DNA from: a phage | Direction: 5' to 3' (one strand) | DNA length: 38,485 nt | Assembly (NCBI GenBank): GCA_016969615.1 | Contig: GCA_016969615.1_4548.1 | Part shown: positions 27,797 through 36,476 of the stretch, piece by piece | How the letters are laid out: each line of letters opens with the position of its first letter | How positions within the stretch are numbered: the first letter of the stretch is position 1 | Translations under genes and position numbers: made by a program | The notes under the pieces: model-generated | Database searches by the model: none | What the model was told of the DNA's origin: nothing | What the model saw: only the letters and a program-made list of their open reading frames with translations

Positions 27797-30478
27797 TTAA
27801 GCGAATGCAAAGTCTGAAGACAAGATGTCTTCGATATTCAGTTTACCTTTCTTCGGAAGCTCTGGCAGCTTGTCGCGCTGGCTCTCATGAAGCTGGTATT
27901 CAAACTGCTCATAGAAGTCAAGCAGCACATCGTTGTCGCGGTAGGTCTCGACCATCGTCTCACGGACACCACGGAACAGATACTCAGCGTCAGCCGGGAT
28001 GGTCCCGAAGCTATCGTGAATCACTGCGAATGACATCACGCCATACTTGCGGTGAGTGTGGACTACAGTCTTGCGGAGGTGGCAGCCATCTTGTGAGTGG
28101 ACGAAGTTCGGGCTAATTCCTGACTCCTGCTTGTGCTTGTCCAGATCTTTCTTCATGCCTTTGTTGACGGTAGGCTGAAGGTTAAATGATCCTAAGAACA
28201 TCAGGTTCAGACGCGTGGTATCCTTCTTGCGGTATTCCTGCCAGACCGGGAACCCATCAGGTGTGACCCAGTGTACCGGAAGGCAAGGCTTCAGGATTTC
28301 ACCAGTCTTCTTGTCTTTCACTTCAGCAGCAAGCAGCTTGGCAGCACCTTGAAGCCACTTCATCGCGTCAACCGCAGCGACTACAGTCACAGACACAGCT
28401 TCCCAAATCATCTTAGCCATGAAGCGGGACGCTTGGCTTGGTTCGGTGAACATAGCGCCAGACCCTGAGTCAATTGCTGGCATCACGATGTCCTCGTAAA
28501 CTTGGTCTGCAAAGCCGTACTCTTTCGACCCGTAGGCCAGAGTCATGACTGAGCGCTTAGTAACCTTGCGTGACATACCGTAAGTCAGCCACTGCCGGGC
28601 CAGCTCTCGTGTCCCCAGCTTGAGACGTTCGGTAATCTCACCAGTCTTCTTATCCTCATGAGTGACCATCTCGTTGTCCGTACCATTAACCAGCAGGACT
28701 TTAAGCTCTTCCTCAATGCGGTCAGATACGATGCGGTAGATGTCTTGGACCTTACCGGAAGGCGTCAGGTTTACTGCATGTCCACCGATGTGATCACGAA
28801 GCATCGCGCTAAAGTGCTGAATCCCAGAGCAGGACCCATCGAATGCTATCGGCAGCGAGCAGGAGTAAGACAATCCGTGATGCATTACGCCAGCATACTC
28901 GAAGCAGAACGCTAGGAAGCAGAACGGAGAGTCTAACTTTCCCCACCACTCAATGCTGTCCATCGGTGCCTTAGCGGCAGCCATGATGTTGTCGTGGTTG
29001 TCTTCCACCCACTTGATGCGCTCCTCGAAGGTTACTTTATCGACACCCGCGCAGTTTGCCCCGTGGACCTTCAGCCATTTGAAACCGTCGGCCCCAATAG
29101 GCTTACCGACCGCCAGAGTCAGAAGACCCTTTTGCATGTCGTTACCTTGAGGGTTGAACATCGGAACAGCGTATACACGACCTCGCCAGTCCATATTGTA
29201 CGGAAACCATATGGCCTTGAACTGAGAGAATTTGTTCGCTTGGTTGACTATAAAGCTCAGTGACAATCTTCGCGACCGCCGGGCCTTCTCTCGGCGGTAG
29301 ATGCCAGCAGCAGCCTTCTTCCATGCCTTGAGTTCCTCTTCAGTATCCCCCGCATAGTCTTCAGGCTTCAGCGGCTCCATCTGAGGGATGTCGTCAATAG
29401 GCGTGTTATTCAGCTTCTCGACCTTGTTCACCACGTCCAGCACCTTCTTGTTCACTTTCCAAGGCGTATTCTGGATGATATTCACAGCGTCATAGACTTC
29501 AGGCATGTACACATCTTCGTAGCGTGCCACCGCAGACTTAGACCCTAAGCGAATCAGTGGTAGTGGTCTGCGACCTTTGGCCCAGTACCCACCGCCTACG
29601 ACACCAGTCCACGGCTTAGGTGGAACGACGCAAGGCTGGTAGACTGGAGCGATACCCGCAAGGCTGAATCCTCGTTGTGCCATCTTCTTGACCCAGAAGT
29701 CTGACAGGTGGACCATCTCAACGTCAGCCGCTACATTACCAGCACCGTAACGCTTAAGCTCAACCAGTTGTGTAGACTGGATGACAATCTCAAGCATCTT
29801 GATGCCAACGTGTACCGCTTCGGTCGGACTCCAAGTACCCCACGCATCTTCCAGCTGACCCTGCTCCAGCATGGAGGTCTCAACCGCTTGCATGTAGGCT
29901 TTCTTATAGGATGCCCCGGCTCGCTTGTTCAGGTTCTCAGCTATCGCCTTCTTGAAGTGCGCCTGCTCCTTGTCTCGGATTCGACCGAAGCGGATTTCAT
30001 CTTCAAGTGTGCGACCTATCGCGGAGGCCATCGGTGTAATCGGTATACCTTCAGGCTTGACCAGCTTGGAGAGGATGACCTTCAGTATGATAACCGCAGC
30101 AGACTCACAGGAGATGTGCAAAGAGCGGTCCTTGACGGCCTTCTCTTCAGTGCTCAACATGGTGAACGCTACGCTCGGACGTGAGGTTGACAGCTTCCCG
30201 TCTTGACCTTCATGCCACTCCCTGACGGCTTGCGCAATCTTAGGAACCAGAGTCTGCATCAAAGGCTTGGCTACCTGATTGTCTGCCAGTTCCCCGCGCT
30301 CAGTCTGTCGCTCAAGGTTCTTGATGAAACGTCGCTCGCCTTCAGTGTATGCCTCATGCTCAAGCTGAAGCTGTTTGACTGCAAGGTCTTGCCCGTAGTG
30401 GTCAGCCAGCAGGTTAAACGGCTCAATGGCGTTCGACACATCGGAGAAGTCGTGTTTGTCAATAGGGATGACTCTCAT
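27797..30478 (-). CDS. gp1: DNA-directed RNA polymerase (single-subunit, T7 type)
   Basis: 893 aa; near-continuous alignment with T7 RNAP (PFCFLAFCFEYAGV.HHGLSY.CSLP.AFDGSCSGIQHFSAMLRD, HDSFGT, FAFA C-terminus); specificity-loop region differs from T7. Confidence 0.97.
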   Translation of the reverse strand: MRVIPIDKHDFSDVSNAIEPFNLLADHYGQDLAVKQLQLEHEAYTEGERRFIKNLERQTERGELADNQVAKPLMQTLVPKIAQAVREWHEGQDGKLSTSRPSVAFTMLSTEEKAVKDRSLHISCESAAVIILKVILSKLVKPEGIPITPMASAIGRTLEDEIRFGRIRDKEQAHFKKAIAENLNKRAGASYKKAYMQAVETSMLEQGQLEDAWGTWSPTEAVHVGIKMLEIVIQSTQLVELKRYGAGNVAADVEMVHLSDFWVKKMAQRGFSLAGIAPVYQPCVVPPKPWTGVVGGGYWAKGRRPLPLIRLGSKSAVARYEDVYMPEVYDAVNIIQNTPWKVNKKVLDVVNKVEKLNNTPIDDIPQMEPLKPEDYAGDTEEELKAWKKAAAGIYRREKARRSRRLSLSFIVNQANKFSQFKAIWFPYNMDWRGRVYAVPMFNPQGNDMQKGLLTLAVGKPIGADGFKWLKVHGANCAGVDKVTFEERIKWVEDNHDNIMAAAKAPMDSIEWWGKLDSPFCFLAFCFEYAGVMHHGLSYSCSLPIAFDGSCSGIQHFSAMLRDHIGGHAVNLTPSGKVQDIYRIVSDRIEEELKVLLVNGTDNEMVTHEDKKTGEITERLKLGTRELARQWLTYGMSRKVTKRSVMTLAYGSKEYGFADQVYEDIVMPAIDSGSGAMFTEPSQASRFMAKMIWEAVSVTVVAAVDAMKWLQGAAKLLAAEVKDKKTGEILKPCLPVHWVTPDGFPVWQEYRKKDTTRLNLMFLGSFNLQPTVNKGMKKDLDKHKQESGISPNFVHSQDGCHLRKTVVHTHRKYGVMSFAVIHDSFGTIPADAEYLFRGVRETMVETYRDNDVLLDFYEQFEYQLHESQRDKLPELPKKGKLNIEDILSSDFAFA

Positions 30479-30497
30479 ACTTAAAGTCCTTGTTATT

Positions 30498-30538
30498 AGT
30501 CTTTCACTTAAAGTCTCTTTGGTCTTTCACTTGGAGTC
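30498..30538 (-). repeat. Two 18-bp direct repeats in the gene 1 leader
   Basis: plus agtctttcacttaaagtc (30498..30515) and ggtctttcacttggagtc (30521..30538), 15/18 identical, between promoter and gene 1 RBS. Confidence 0.6.
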
Positions 30539-30551
30539 TTAGACCTTGAGT

Positions 30552-30569
30552 CCTATAGTGATAGTTAAG
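30552..30569 (-). promoter_or_regulatory. Phage RNA polymerase promoter core immediately upstream of gene 1
   Basis: minus CTTAACTATCACTATAGGACTCAAGG; about 70 nt upstream of the RNAP start codon. Confidence 0.8.
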
Positions 30570-30575
30570 TCAGAA

Positions 30576-30836
30576 TCACTTGCATATCAGTGGGTTAGCG
30601 TGAAGATGACTGAAGTCACCATGAGTCGTATGCTTGATGGTTGACCGTTGGTCTATCGCCTTCCAGCCTGAGACCAGAAGTTTACCATCGTCAGTGATTG
30701 GTCGTCCACCATACGCCAGACACATCAGTTCGGACTTATAGCCCTCAGCCCGGAGTCTTGCTTGCAGTACACGGTCGCGCTCCTGCTGTTGACGTGCGGA
30801 GTGTGAAGAGTGGCGGTGAGTGTATGTAGATTTCAT
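30576..30836 (-). CDS. Hypothetical 86-aa early protein
   Basis: ATG overlaps (ATGA) the stop of the restored HNH reading frame; no domain recognised. Confidence 0.55.
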   Translation of the reverse strand: MKSTYTHRHSSHSARQQQERDRVLQARLRAEGYKSELMCLAYGGRPITDDGKLLVSGWKAIDQRSTIKHTTHGDFSHLHANPLICK

Positions 30837-31248
30837 TGTTGGTGCTCCTGTAAGTATTTGATTGCTCTCGCCAGCAGTTCCTGCGAGTCGTTAAATTTTC
30901 CCAGAGTGGTGTTACATGAAAAGCAGAGAAGACCTCGCACCTTCCCCCCGTGGAGTGGCAGTGGTCTACTGCGAGTCGTTGCCCTCTAGTCTCTTCCCCT
31001 GCACATATCGCACACACTCCACCCTGCCTCTCAAGCATCGCATCGTATTCTTCCACAGTAATCCCGTACAGTCTTTTAAGGAAGGATTTGCGCTGCACAT
31101 TCTTGAAGCTCTCTTCATTGCTGCGCTTTTTTCGTGCCAAATACTTGCAGGCTTTGCATTGATTTTCGTAACCATCCTTATGCCCCAGATGTTTATAAAA
31201 ATCAGTCAACGGCTTTAATGTGTGACACTTCTTGCATATCTTTTCCAT
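30833..31248 (-). pseudogene. Endonuclease VII-type HNH endonuclease, reading frame broken at a C6/G6 homopolymer
   Basis: 0-frame gives ...GGVCAICAGEETRGQRLAVDHCHSTGG then off-motif residues; the -1 frame after the six-C run at 30944..30949 reads KVRGLLCFSCNTTLGKF... (canonical Endo VII motif) and ends TGA overlapping the next ATG. Confidence 0.75.
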
Positions 31249-31445
31249 CACAGCTTACTTCCCAAAGTTGCTATATCCCAGACGTTCGCGAGGTTGCGCA
31301 TGAATCGTCCGTTAGGTTGACGTACAGTCCAGCGGCCCGGACGTACATAGTTGAATTTGTAGACTTTACGCGCCTTGTTAATGTCTCTCATCAGCACGTA
31401 GGCGATAAGTCCATAGCCTATGACTATCAATAGTGTTATACTCAT
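31248..31445 (-). CDS. Small membrane protein (65 aa)
   Basis: N-terminal hydrophobic helix MSITLLIVIGYGLIAYVLM; stop overlaps the HNH start; ATG overlaps the stop of an upstream 29-aa ORF. Confidence 0.5.
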   Translation of the reverse strand: MSITLLIVIGYGLIAYVLMRDINKARKVYKFNYVRPGRWTVRQPNGRFMRNLANVWDIATLGSKL

Positions 31446-31531
31446 AGTGATTTCCGTTTAATGCAATCGTATATCCCATAGCCTATCAGCCAGATAACTG
31501 GCGCTAGGCATACCCAGTATCCCACACTCAT
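31442..31531 (-). CDS. Candidate 29-aa membrane micro-protein
   Basis: AGGAG then 6 nt then ATG; MSVGYWVCLAPVIWLIGYGIYDCIKRKSL; below ORF-track cutoff. Confidence 0.35.
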   Translation of the reverse strand: MSVGYWVCLAPVIWLIGYGIYDCIKRKSL

Positions 31532-31768
31532 AGTTAACTCCTATTAATGCAAGTGGTAATCTTTGAGGCCACCTATCAGTCGATGACCTCTCGTTTATCA
31601 CTCAGTACCTGCCAGTAAGTTACACCTCAGCGTGCAAACTGTCGTGCATATGTTTTCGTACTTCATAGACCACTTTCAGGTGACGCATAGCCACATCGTG
31701 GTTTAACTGCCCGGTCTTGACCATAAGCCGGGCGTAGGTGACGTGGTGCTGGCATAGTCCATAAGTTA

Positions 31769-32107
31769 TCAGCACTCGCAGTCCTCCTCTTCAGCCTCGA
31801 ACCATACCACATCACGGCTATTGGACACATCGTTATACAGTGCCTCATAGATGCGAGCTTGTAGTATACGCGTTACGTCCTTGGTATCAGGCATCATACC
31901 AGAGTCTTCAAACTCGTGGTCAATACCATCAGCAGCCATCACCGTGAAAATCTCGTGGTAATAGTGCGGAACCATATTGTCTACGACTTCATGCAGCGCA
32001 TCGCTGTAGTCATCACCTTCAGCTATTTCGTCGTACTGAATGCGCTCGTTAAATGCTTTAACAGTTGCAGCCAGCAGGTAATAGTATGCGTTAGCGTTAC
32101 GTTCCAT
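31769..32107 (-). CDS. ocr: Ocr-like anti-restriction protein (DNA mimic)
   Basis: 112 aa, acidic; [46 protein letters not shown] is near-identical to the T7 gp0.3 core; acidic C-terminus. Confidence 0.9.
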   Translation of the reverse strand: MERNANAYYYLLAATVKAFNERIQYDEIAEGDDYSDALHEVVDNMVPHYYHEIFTVMAADGIDHEFEDSGMMPDTKDVTRILQARIYEALYNDVSNSRDVVWFEAEEEDCEC

Positions 32108-32187
32108 AATTATATCCTCGTTTGTTTGTGTATGTTGTGACTATCATTCAGGCCGCTATGAGTCTAACGACCTGTAGTTAATCACTC

Positions 32188-32433
32188 TCAGTTAGCGAAA
32201 TAAGGAGCTGAGGCGCTCGCTGTAGGACTCACGGTTATCTGTGAGTCTATCAAGTAGGTCTCGTTGTCTATACGCACAGTATCTACGCTGTAGTTGCTGA
32301 ACGGCTTGCTTGAGACCTTGCGCACTACCACACGGTGACGCGCTCCTGTCATCTCTTTAAGCTGAATCCACGCATAACCTTTAGTGTTCACGAATACTTC
32401 ATTGTGATTAGTGATTGTGCTTAAGTGTTTCAT
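32188..32433 (-). CDS. Hypothetical early protein, first gene after the early promoters and upstream of ocr
   Basis: 81 aa from ATG 32433 (RBS AAAGGA, 8 nt); track ORF starts 3 codons earlier at 32442 with no usable spacing; no domain recognised. Confidence 0.6.
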   Translation of the reverse strand: MKHLSTITNHNEVFVNTKGYAWIQLKEMTGARHRVVVRKVSSKPFSNYSVDTVRIDNETYLIDSQITVSPTASASAPYFAN

Positions 32434-32465
32434 AGTGTCCATCCTTTAAGTTAGTGGCTATCAGT

Positions 32466-32496
32466 CAGGGCCTTCAGATGTAGACTCAAGGCCCTG
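32466..32496 (-). promoter_or_regulatory. Early-leader hairpin (R0.3-like RNase III site candidate)
   Basis: perfect 9-bp inverted repeat cagggcctt / aaggccctg with 13-nt loop; 3-7 nt downstream of it lies CTCTTTAACAATCTGG, which matches the T7 0.3 leader as I recall it. Confidence 0.5.
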
Positions 32497-32618
32497 TAGT
32501 TAGTCGCTATCGGCGCACATTAAGAGTTTATCCAGATTGTTAAAGAGCATTCGCATTGGCTGTCGTCGCCGTGCTATCCCGTTTCAGTGTTGGGACTCAC
32601 TAATCTTGCTTGCCGTAT

Positions 32619-32647
32619 AAGTTACTACAGTCAAACCAGCTTGTCAA
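32619..32647 (-). promoter_or_regulatory. Host sigma70-type early promoter candidate (A3-like)
   Basis: minus TTGACA, 17 bp, TAACTT. Confidence 0.4.
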
Positions 32648-32686
32648 TCACTTTCTTAACTCGCTTGCTGTCCTGCTTGGTGAATC

Positions 32687-32715
32687 ATACTACGTTAAGT
32701 CTTACATCTTGTCAA
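32687..32715 (-). promoter_or_regulatory. Host sigma70-type early promoter (A2-like)
   Basis: minus TTGACA, 17 bp, TAGTAT; upstream TAAGTAGACAGCCTGATAAGTC matches the T7 A2 region as I recall it. Confidence 0.6.
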
Positions 32716-32827
32716 CTACTTTCTGTCATCTGCCTGTTGTTCGTATGACTTATCAGGCTGTCTACTTAACCTGGATGACCCGGCGTCTCCACTATCCGGT
32801 TGTTGCCGTGTCGTGTTGACGGAAGCT

Positions 32828-32856
32828 ATTAAGCCACAATCTAGACCCATAGTCAA
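32828..32856 (-). promoter_or_regulatory. Host sigma70-type early promoter candidate (A1-like)
   Basis: minus TTGACT, 17 bp, CTTAAT with AT-rich upstream stretch; layout resembles T7 A1. Confidence 0.45.
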
Positions 32857-32940
32857 TAGGTAATTTGAAATAATATTGATTGAGCTATCGTCGGCCCCAT
32901 GGTGTAAGAGGATATAGTCTTTGATTAACATGTCTTAGAC

Positions 32941-33064
32941 CTTAAGTCTATAGCCATTGTGTCTATTAACTGTAGGTTTATACTGTAGGTGTTGGTGTCG
33001 TATGGTTGAGACTGTAGGTTAGTGAGACTGAAGGTTGTGACTTATGGTTGTGACCTATGGTTAT
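32941..33064 (-). repeat. Array of short degenerate repeats on the genome-left side of the junction
   Basis: at least seven copies of minus AACCTACAG-like units (plus ctgtaggtt, cttatggtt, cctatggtt); analogous to the T7 CCTAAAG arrays. Confidence 0.5.
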
Positions 33065-33239
33065 ACAGATAGAGACTCAGAGACAGACCGATAGTCCCAA
33101 CCTATCGTCCCGACCTCCAGCCATAGCCTAGACCTATCGTCTTGACCATCGGCCCAACCTTATGATATACTGGGGTAGGGCCTTTGGTCTGGACTGAAAG
33201 AGGGCCTATGGGGAGACTTGAGGTTCTTGAACTGTGAGA
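33065..33239 (-). repeat. Candidate terminal-repeat region / physical genome left end (single junction copy)
   Basis: minus strand from 33239 reads TCTCACAGT...CCCCATAGG...GTCTCTGAGTCTCTATCTGT, resembling the start and end of the T7 terminal repeat as recalled; extent is a guess. Confidence 0.3.
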
Positions 33240-33450
33240 TGTGGTCTCAAACTTTTGGTCCAAAACTCATCGTCCCTCCTTAGGAGTCCCTGCTACTGTA
33301 GGTAATACCGTAGGTCAGAGACCTTGGGATAGACCATGGACTGCTATAGTGTTACTTTAGGTCCTTGACTACAGTAGCTAAGGTCAGTAGAGTGAGTCTT
33401 TATCCACGTACTGACCTTAGGTCTTCCGCTCATGAATCATTACCATGATT
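33240..33450 (-). repeat. Short degenerate repeats on the genome-right side of the junction
   Basis: minus GACCTAAGG, GACCTTAG, GGACCTAAAG, GACCTACGG, CTCCTAAGG units; contains a degenerate promoter-like sequence at 33339..33360. Confidence 0.45.
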
Positions 33451-33453
33451 GCG

Positions 33454-33612
33454 TTAATTACACTGAGAGACCAGAGAGCATACGAGAGTCTCGACCCACC
33501 CGACCCACTGACTTCCAGCAGTAACGCCAGCAGCAAGTAGAACAGCAGCAAGAAACCTGTATGTAGCTCGATTGGTCGCCAGAGCTTTAAGTACAGCTTT
33601 GGTCTTTGCCAT
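33454..33612 (-). CDS. Candidate 52-aa hydrophobic protein (gene 19.5 position)
   Basis: AGGAGG then 10 nt then ATG; MAKTKAVLKALATNRATYRFLAAVLLAAGVTAGSQWVGWVETLVCSLVSQCN; downstream of the last phage promoter; below ORF-track cutoff. Confidence 0.35.
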   Translation of the reverse strand: MAKTKAVLKALATNRATYRFLAAVLLAAGVTAGSQWVGWVETLVCSLVSQCN

Positions 33613-33796
33613 ATGCTACATACCTCCTGTATCTATGGTCGGTGACTATCTGTATTGGAGGGATTATGATTAATATCACCCTCCTTCCATCGGTGCAAGC
33701 CTTAGGTAAGAACTCGGAGTCTGCCTCCTAAGGTCTTGCATAAAGTCTGCATATGTATATTCACTACAGTAATACTATAAGTAACCGGGGGTCTTC

Positions 33797-33814
33797 CCTA
33801 TAGTGATAGTTAAG
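33797..33814 (-). promoter_or_regulatory. Phage RNA polymerase promoter core after the terminase gene (phiOR-like)
   Basis: minus CTTAACTATCACTATAGGGAAG; reads across the genome-end junction. Confidence 0.8.
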
Positions 33815-33909
33815 TCCAAACTCCTTGTAAAACAGTAGGTTAGACTGGTAGTAACTATAGGTTACTAACTGCGTATTCACGCAGCTTTCACCTATAATTA
33901 TTCATTCAG

Positions 33910-35673
33910 CTAGTGGAACGTAACGTATGACCCTAGTCCCAGCTCGTCGTCCGTATCGTGAGTTACCCGGACCCCATTGTCCCAGAACTCAGTGTGGATG
34001 GACTCGAAGCCTTTCCGTGGGTTCTCCATCTGTTCCTCCAGCCACTCCTCAGTGACTTCACGTTCGCCCTTGTTGGCATCCTTAGCCATAGACTCAACGA
34101 AGAACTGTACACCGATAGCCAGAGCATCAAGTCGGTCATCGTGTGCCAAGGCTCCACGTTCACGAGAGATACGTGTCATCTGGTAGAAGAGAGAGTAGAT
34201 AGGGTTACGAACACCATCCTTATCAGAGGCCGACTGGTAGTCTTGGACGATAGCAGCAGCGTTAACGATAAGTCGGTGAGACCCCATGATAGGCTCCAGA
34301 ACGTCACAGATTCGGAGTTCTTTCTGCCCCTTACTCTTCACTTCAGTTACAGCAGCAGGATGGATACGACCCGCTACAGGCTTGAATAACTCAAGGTACA
34401 TACCATCACCGAAGTTACCCTCAATGACGTATTCGTTGACCTTCCACTTACGACCAATCTTAGCCAGAGCTTCCAGCGTAGAGTCTTCATAACCACCACG
34501 CATACCACCAACTTCCATAGCGAAGATGTAGCCGTTGAGCTGGTACAGTACCGCATATCCAGTTTCATCCTTACCACGACCACTAGGGTCAATGACCAGA
34601 ATCTTCTGGGTGTATGAACTGAAGGCAGAACCTACAGTCTGATACGTGTGGTATGAGTCACCCATGAGTCCAACGTTAGGAACGTCCTCACGCTTGTTCT
34701 GAGGGTTAGGCAACCATTGGTAGACCATTGGGCTGGACGATGGGTCCAAGTCAGCTACGATAAGGTCACGGAGCTTCAGAGGGTACTTCTCAGCATCACT
34801 TAGGTTCGGGTTGAGCATGAACTGTAGAGCGAAGCCAGCTTTACCGTAGGACAACTCACGTTCCTTCAGGTCAGTATCGTCAAATCGAACTTCATCGGTC
34901 GGACGCCAGTAGAAGGCCTCAGGGTCCTCTTCAAGCTCTGCCTGAAGCATAGGAGCCAGACGGTCTCCGTAAGACTGCCAGTCCTTCCTGTCGCGTGGAT
35001 AACGAGCGGGCCAGATAGTAGTGGTGTACCCACGGCCTTCCAGCTCACGATACAAGGTCATCTCGTTCTGAGGAGTACCCAGATAGATGATTGTACCTCC
35101 CGGCTTCAGGATAGCGTCGAACTCCTTCACAAGCTCTGACAGACGGTCTCGTGCGGCCTGAGTCGCTGAGTTGTTTGGAACCTCCACGTCGTCGGCAATC
35201 AGGATGTCAGCACGACTACCAGTCAACTGACCAGTGATACCAACGGACTTAACCGAAGGTGAGTGGTCTGGCTTGGCTGGTCCAACATCGAAGCTGATAA
35301 CCGCATCTCGCTGTCCCTGCTTAGGTTTGAGTTCCTGAAGCTGAGGCATGAGGTCGATGATTCGCTTGATGAAGATGGAGTTAGCATCGGCTCGTTCCTT
35401 TGAGGCCGACACAATCATGAACTTCAAGTCTGGGTTGTTCCATAGCTTCCAGACAACGAAGGCGCACGTAATGAAGGACTTCCCGATACCACGGAACGCC
35501 TGTAGGATGAAGCGCCTGTTGTCCCCAGCCGATAGTTTCTTCGCCATATCAATCTGACAGCGAGTCGGGACTGGGAGTGACAGAGCTTTCCACAGGACGA
35601 ACAGGAAGAACACGAAGTCTGACTTCATACGTGCAGTCATTAGCGCCTGACGCGCCACTAAGTCTTTACTCAA
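33910..35673 (-). CDS. gp19: Terminase large subunit (DNA maturase B)
   Basis: 587 aa (T7 gp19 586); near-continuous identity ([73 protein letters not shown]); start read as TTG at 35673, ATG alternative 33 nt downstream. Confidence 0.95.
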   Translation of the reverse strand: MSKDLVARQALMTARMKSDFVFFLFVLWKALSLPVPTRCQIDMAKKLSAGDNRRFILQAFRGIGKSFITCAFVVWKLWNNPDLKFMIVSASKERADANSIFIKRIIDLMPQLQELKPKQGQRDAVISFDVGPAKPDHSPSVKSVGITGQLTGSRADILIADDVEVPNNSATQAARDRLSELVKEFDAILKPGGTIIYLGTPQNEMTLYRELEGRGYTTTIWPARYPRDRKDWQSYGDRLAPMLQAELEEDPEAFYWRPTDEVRFDDTDLKERELSYGKAGFALQFMLNPNLSDAEKYPLKLRDLIVADLDPSSSPMVYQWLPNPQNKREDVPNVGLMGDSYHTYQTVGSAFSSYTQKILVIDPSGRGKDETGYAVLYQLNGYIFAMEVGGMRGGYEDSTLEALAKIGRKWKVNEYVIEGNFGDGMYLELFKPVAGRIHPAAVTEVKSKGQKELRICDVLEPIMGSHRLIVNAAAIVQDYQSASDKDGVRNPIYSLFYQMTRISRERGALAHDDRLDALAIGVQFFVESMAKDANKGEREVTEEWLEEQMENPRKGFESIHTEFWDNGVRVTHDTDDELGLGSYVTFH

Positions 35674-35684
35674 TGCTTCACCTC

Positions 35685-36476
35685 TTAAGAGTTAAAGATG
35701 CGGTCAACGCGAACAGTCAGGGAGGACAGAGTAAGGTCCTCAGACCCGGTAACTGCAATGCCAAGCGTAATGCCAGTAGTAACGAACGGGTCGTCTGTAT
35801 TAGCTATGTAGCTATGGATGGCCGCCTCACGAATGGTGAATGACTGCTGGTCATCTGTGTCCGTCACGGAAGATAGGGTAGTGTTATCTGGTCTACGAAG
35901 CTGCACTCGCCACTTATGAGCTGAGGCTGTAGGGAACTCACCAGCGAACCGAACGACGAAGTTTACACCACTGAGTCCCTCTTTAGCTGGGAACAGCATC
36001 TTTCCTTCCGAGATAGTAACGACGCCGCTATCCACTCCCTTCACTAAAGGAAGAGTCATTAGGTTAGTGAACTGTCCCGCAGCACACACTTGGGTTCCTG
36101 ACCAGCTGAAGGTATCCAGAGAATACTCAGCGTGGGATACAGGACGTGACTCCCGATAAGTATACTCTACCTTAACCAGTCCGACGCCACTGTCATTCAG
36201 CTTGGTGACTTTAAGAATCAGGAAATCGTCTTCTGTGATACCATCCACTTCCAGACGTATACTGCTTGATTGTAGAGGCCAGTCGCCACCATCGGAGAAA
36301 TTACCAGTAACAGACGTACCGTCGCTTAGTGTAATCCTTGTAGACTCGGCGTTAGCTGGGACCTTCACGTATATTGTACCAGATAACAAGTGACCGGATG
36401 CGTTCTTCAGTCCAGATGGTGTACCAGTAGCAAAATGCCAAACTACGTCAGTTTTCAAAGTAATAATATTACCCAT
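35685..36476 (-). CDS. Hypothetical 263-aa protein between the spanin genes and the terminase gene
   Basis: ATG 36476 after AAGGAG (7 nt), overlaps gp18.5 stop; Thr/Ser/Gly/Val-rich, no TM segment, no motif recognised; no gene at this position in the T7 map. Confidence 0.8.
   Translation of the reverse strand: MGNIITLKTDVVWHFATGTPSGLKNASGHLLSGTIYVKVPANAESTRITLSDGTSVTGNFSDGGDWPLQSSSIRLEVDGITEDDFLILKVTKLNDSGVGLVKVEYTYRESRPVSHAEYSLDTFSWSGTQVCAAGQFTNLMTLPLVKGVDSGVVTISEGKMLFPAKEGLSGVNFVVRFAGEFPTASAHKWRVQLRRPDNTTLSSVTDTDDQQSFTIREAAIHSYIANTDDPFVTTGITLGIAVTGSEDLTLSSLTVRVDRIFNS

Noticed and set aside
31709-31733. GC-rich hairpin (gcccgg, 13-nt loop, ccgggc) downstream of ocr
   Set aside because: No U-tract follows, so not a convincing intrinsic terminator; could be a processing or stability element but evidence is thin
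31663-31848. 61-aa ORF overlapping the end of ocr
   Set aside because: Out-of-frame overlap with the well-supported ocr gene and no RBS
32716-32931. Minus-strand 71-aa ORF in the early leader
   Set aside because: Overlaps the host-type promoters; no RBS; low-complexity translation; more likely non-coding regulatory DNA
33339-33360. Promoter-like sequence in the right-end repeat region (minus CTAAAGTAACACTATAGCAG)
   Set aside because: Four mismatches to the core including the +1/+2 G positions; probably a chance fusion of a CCTAAAG repeat with a CACTATAG-like sequence; kept only as a possible weak or decayed promoter
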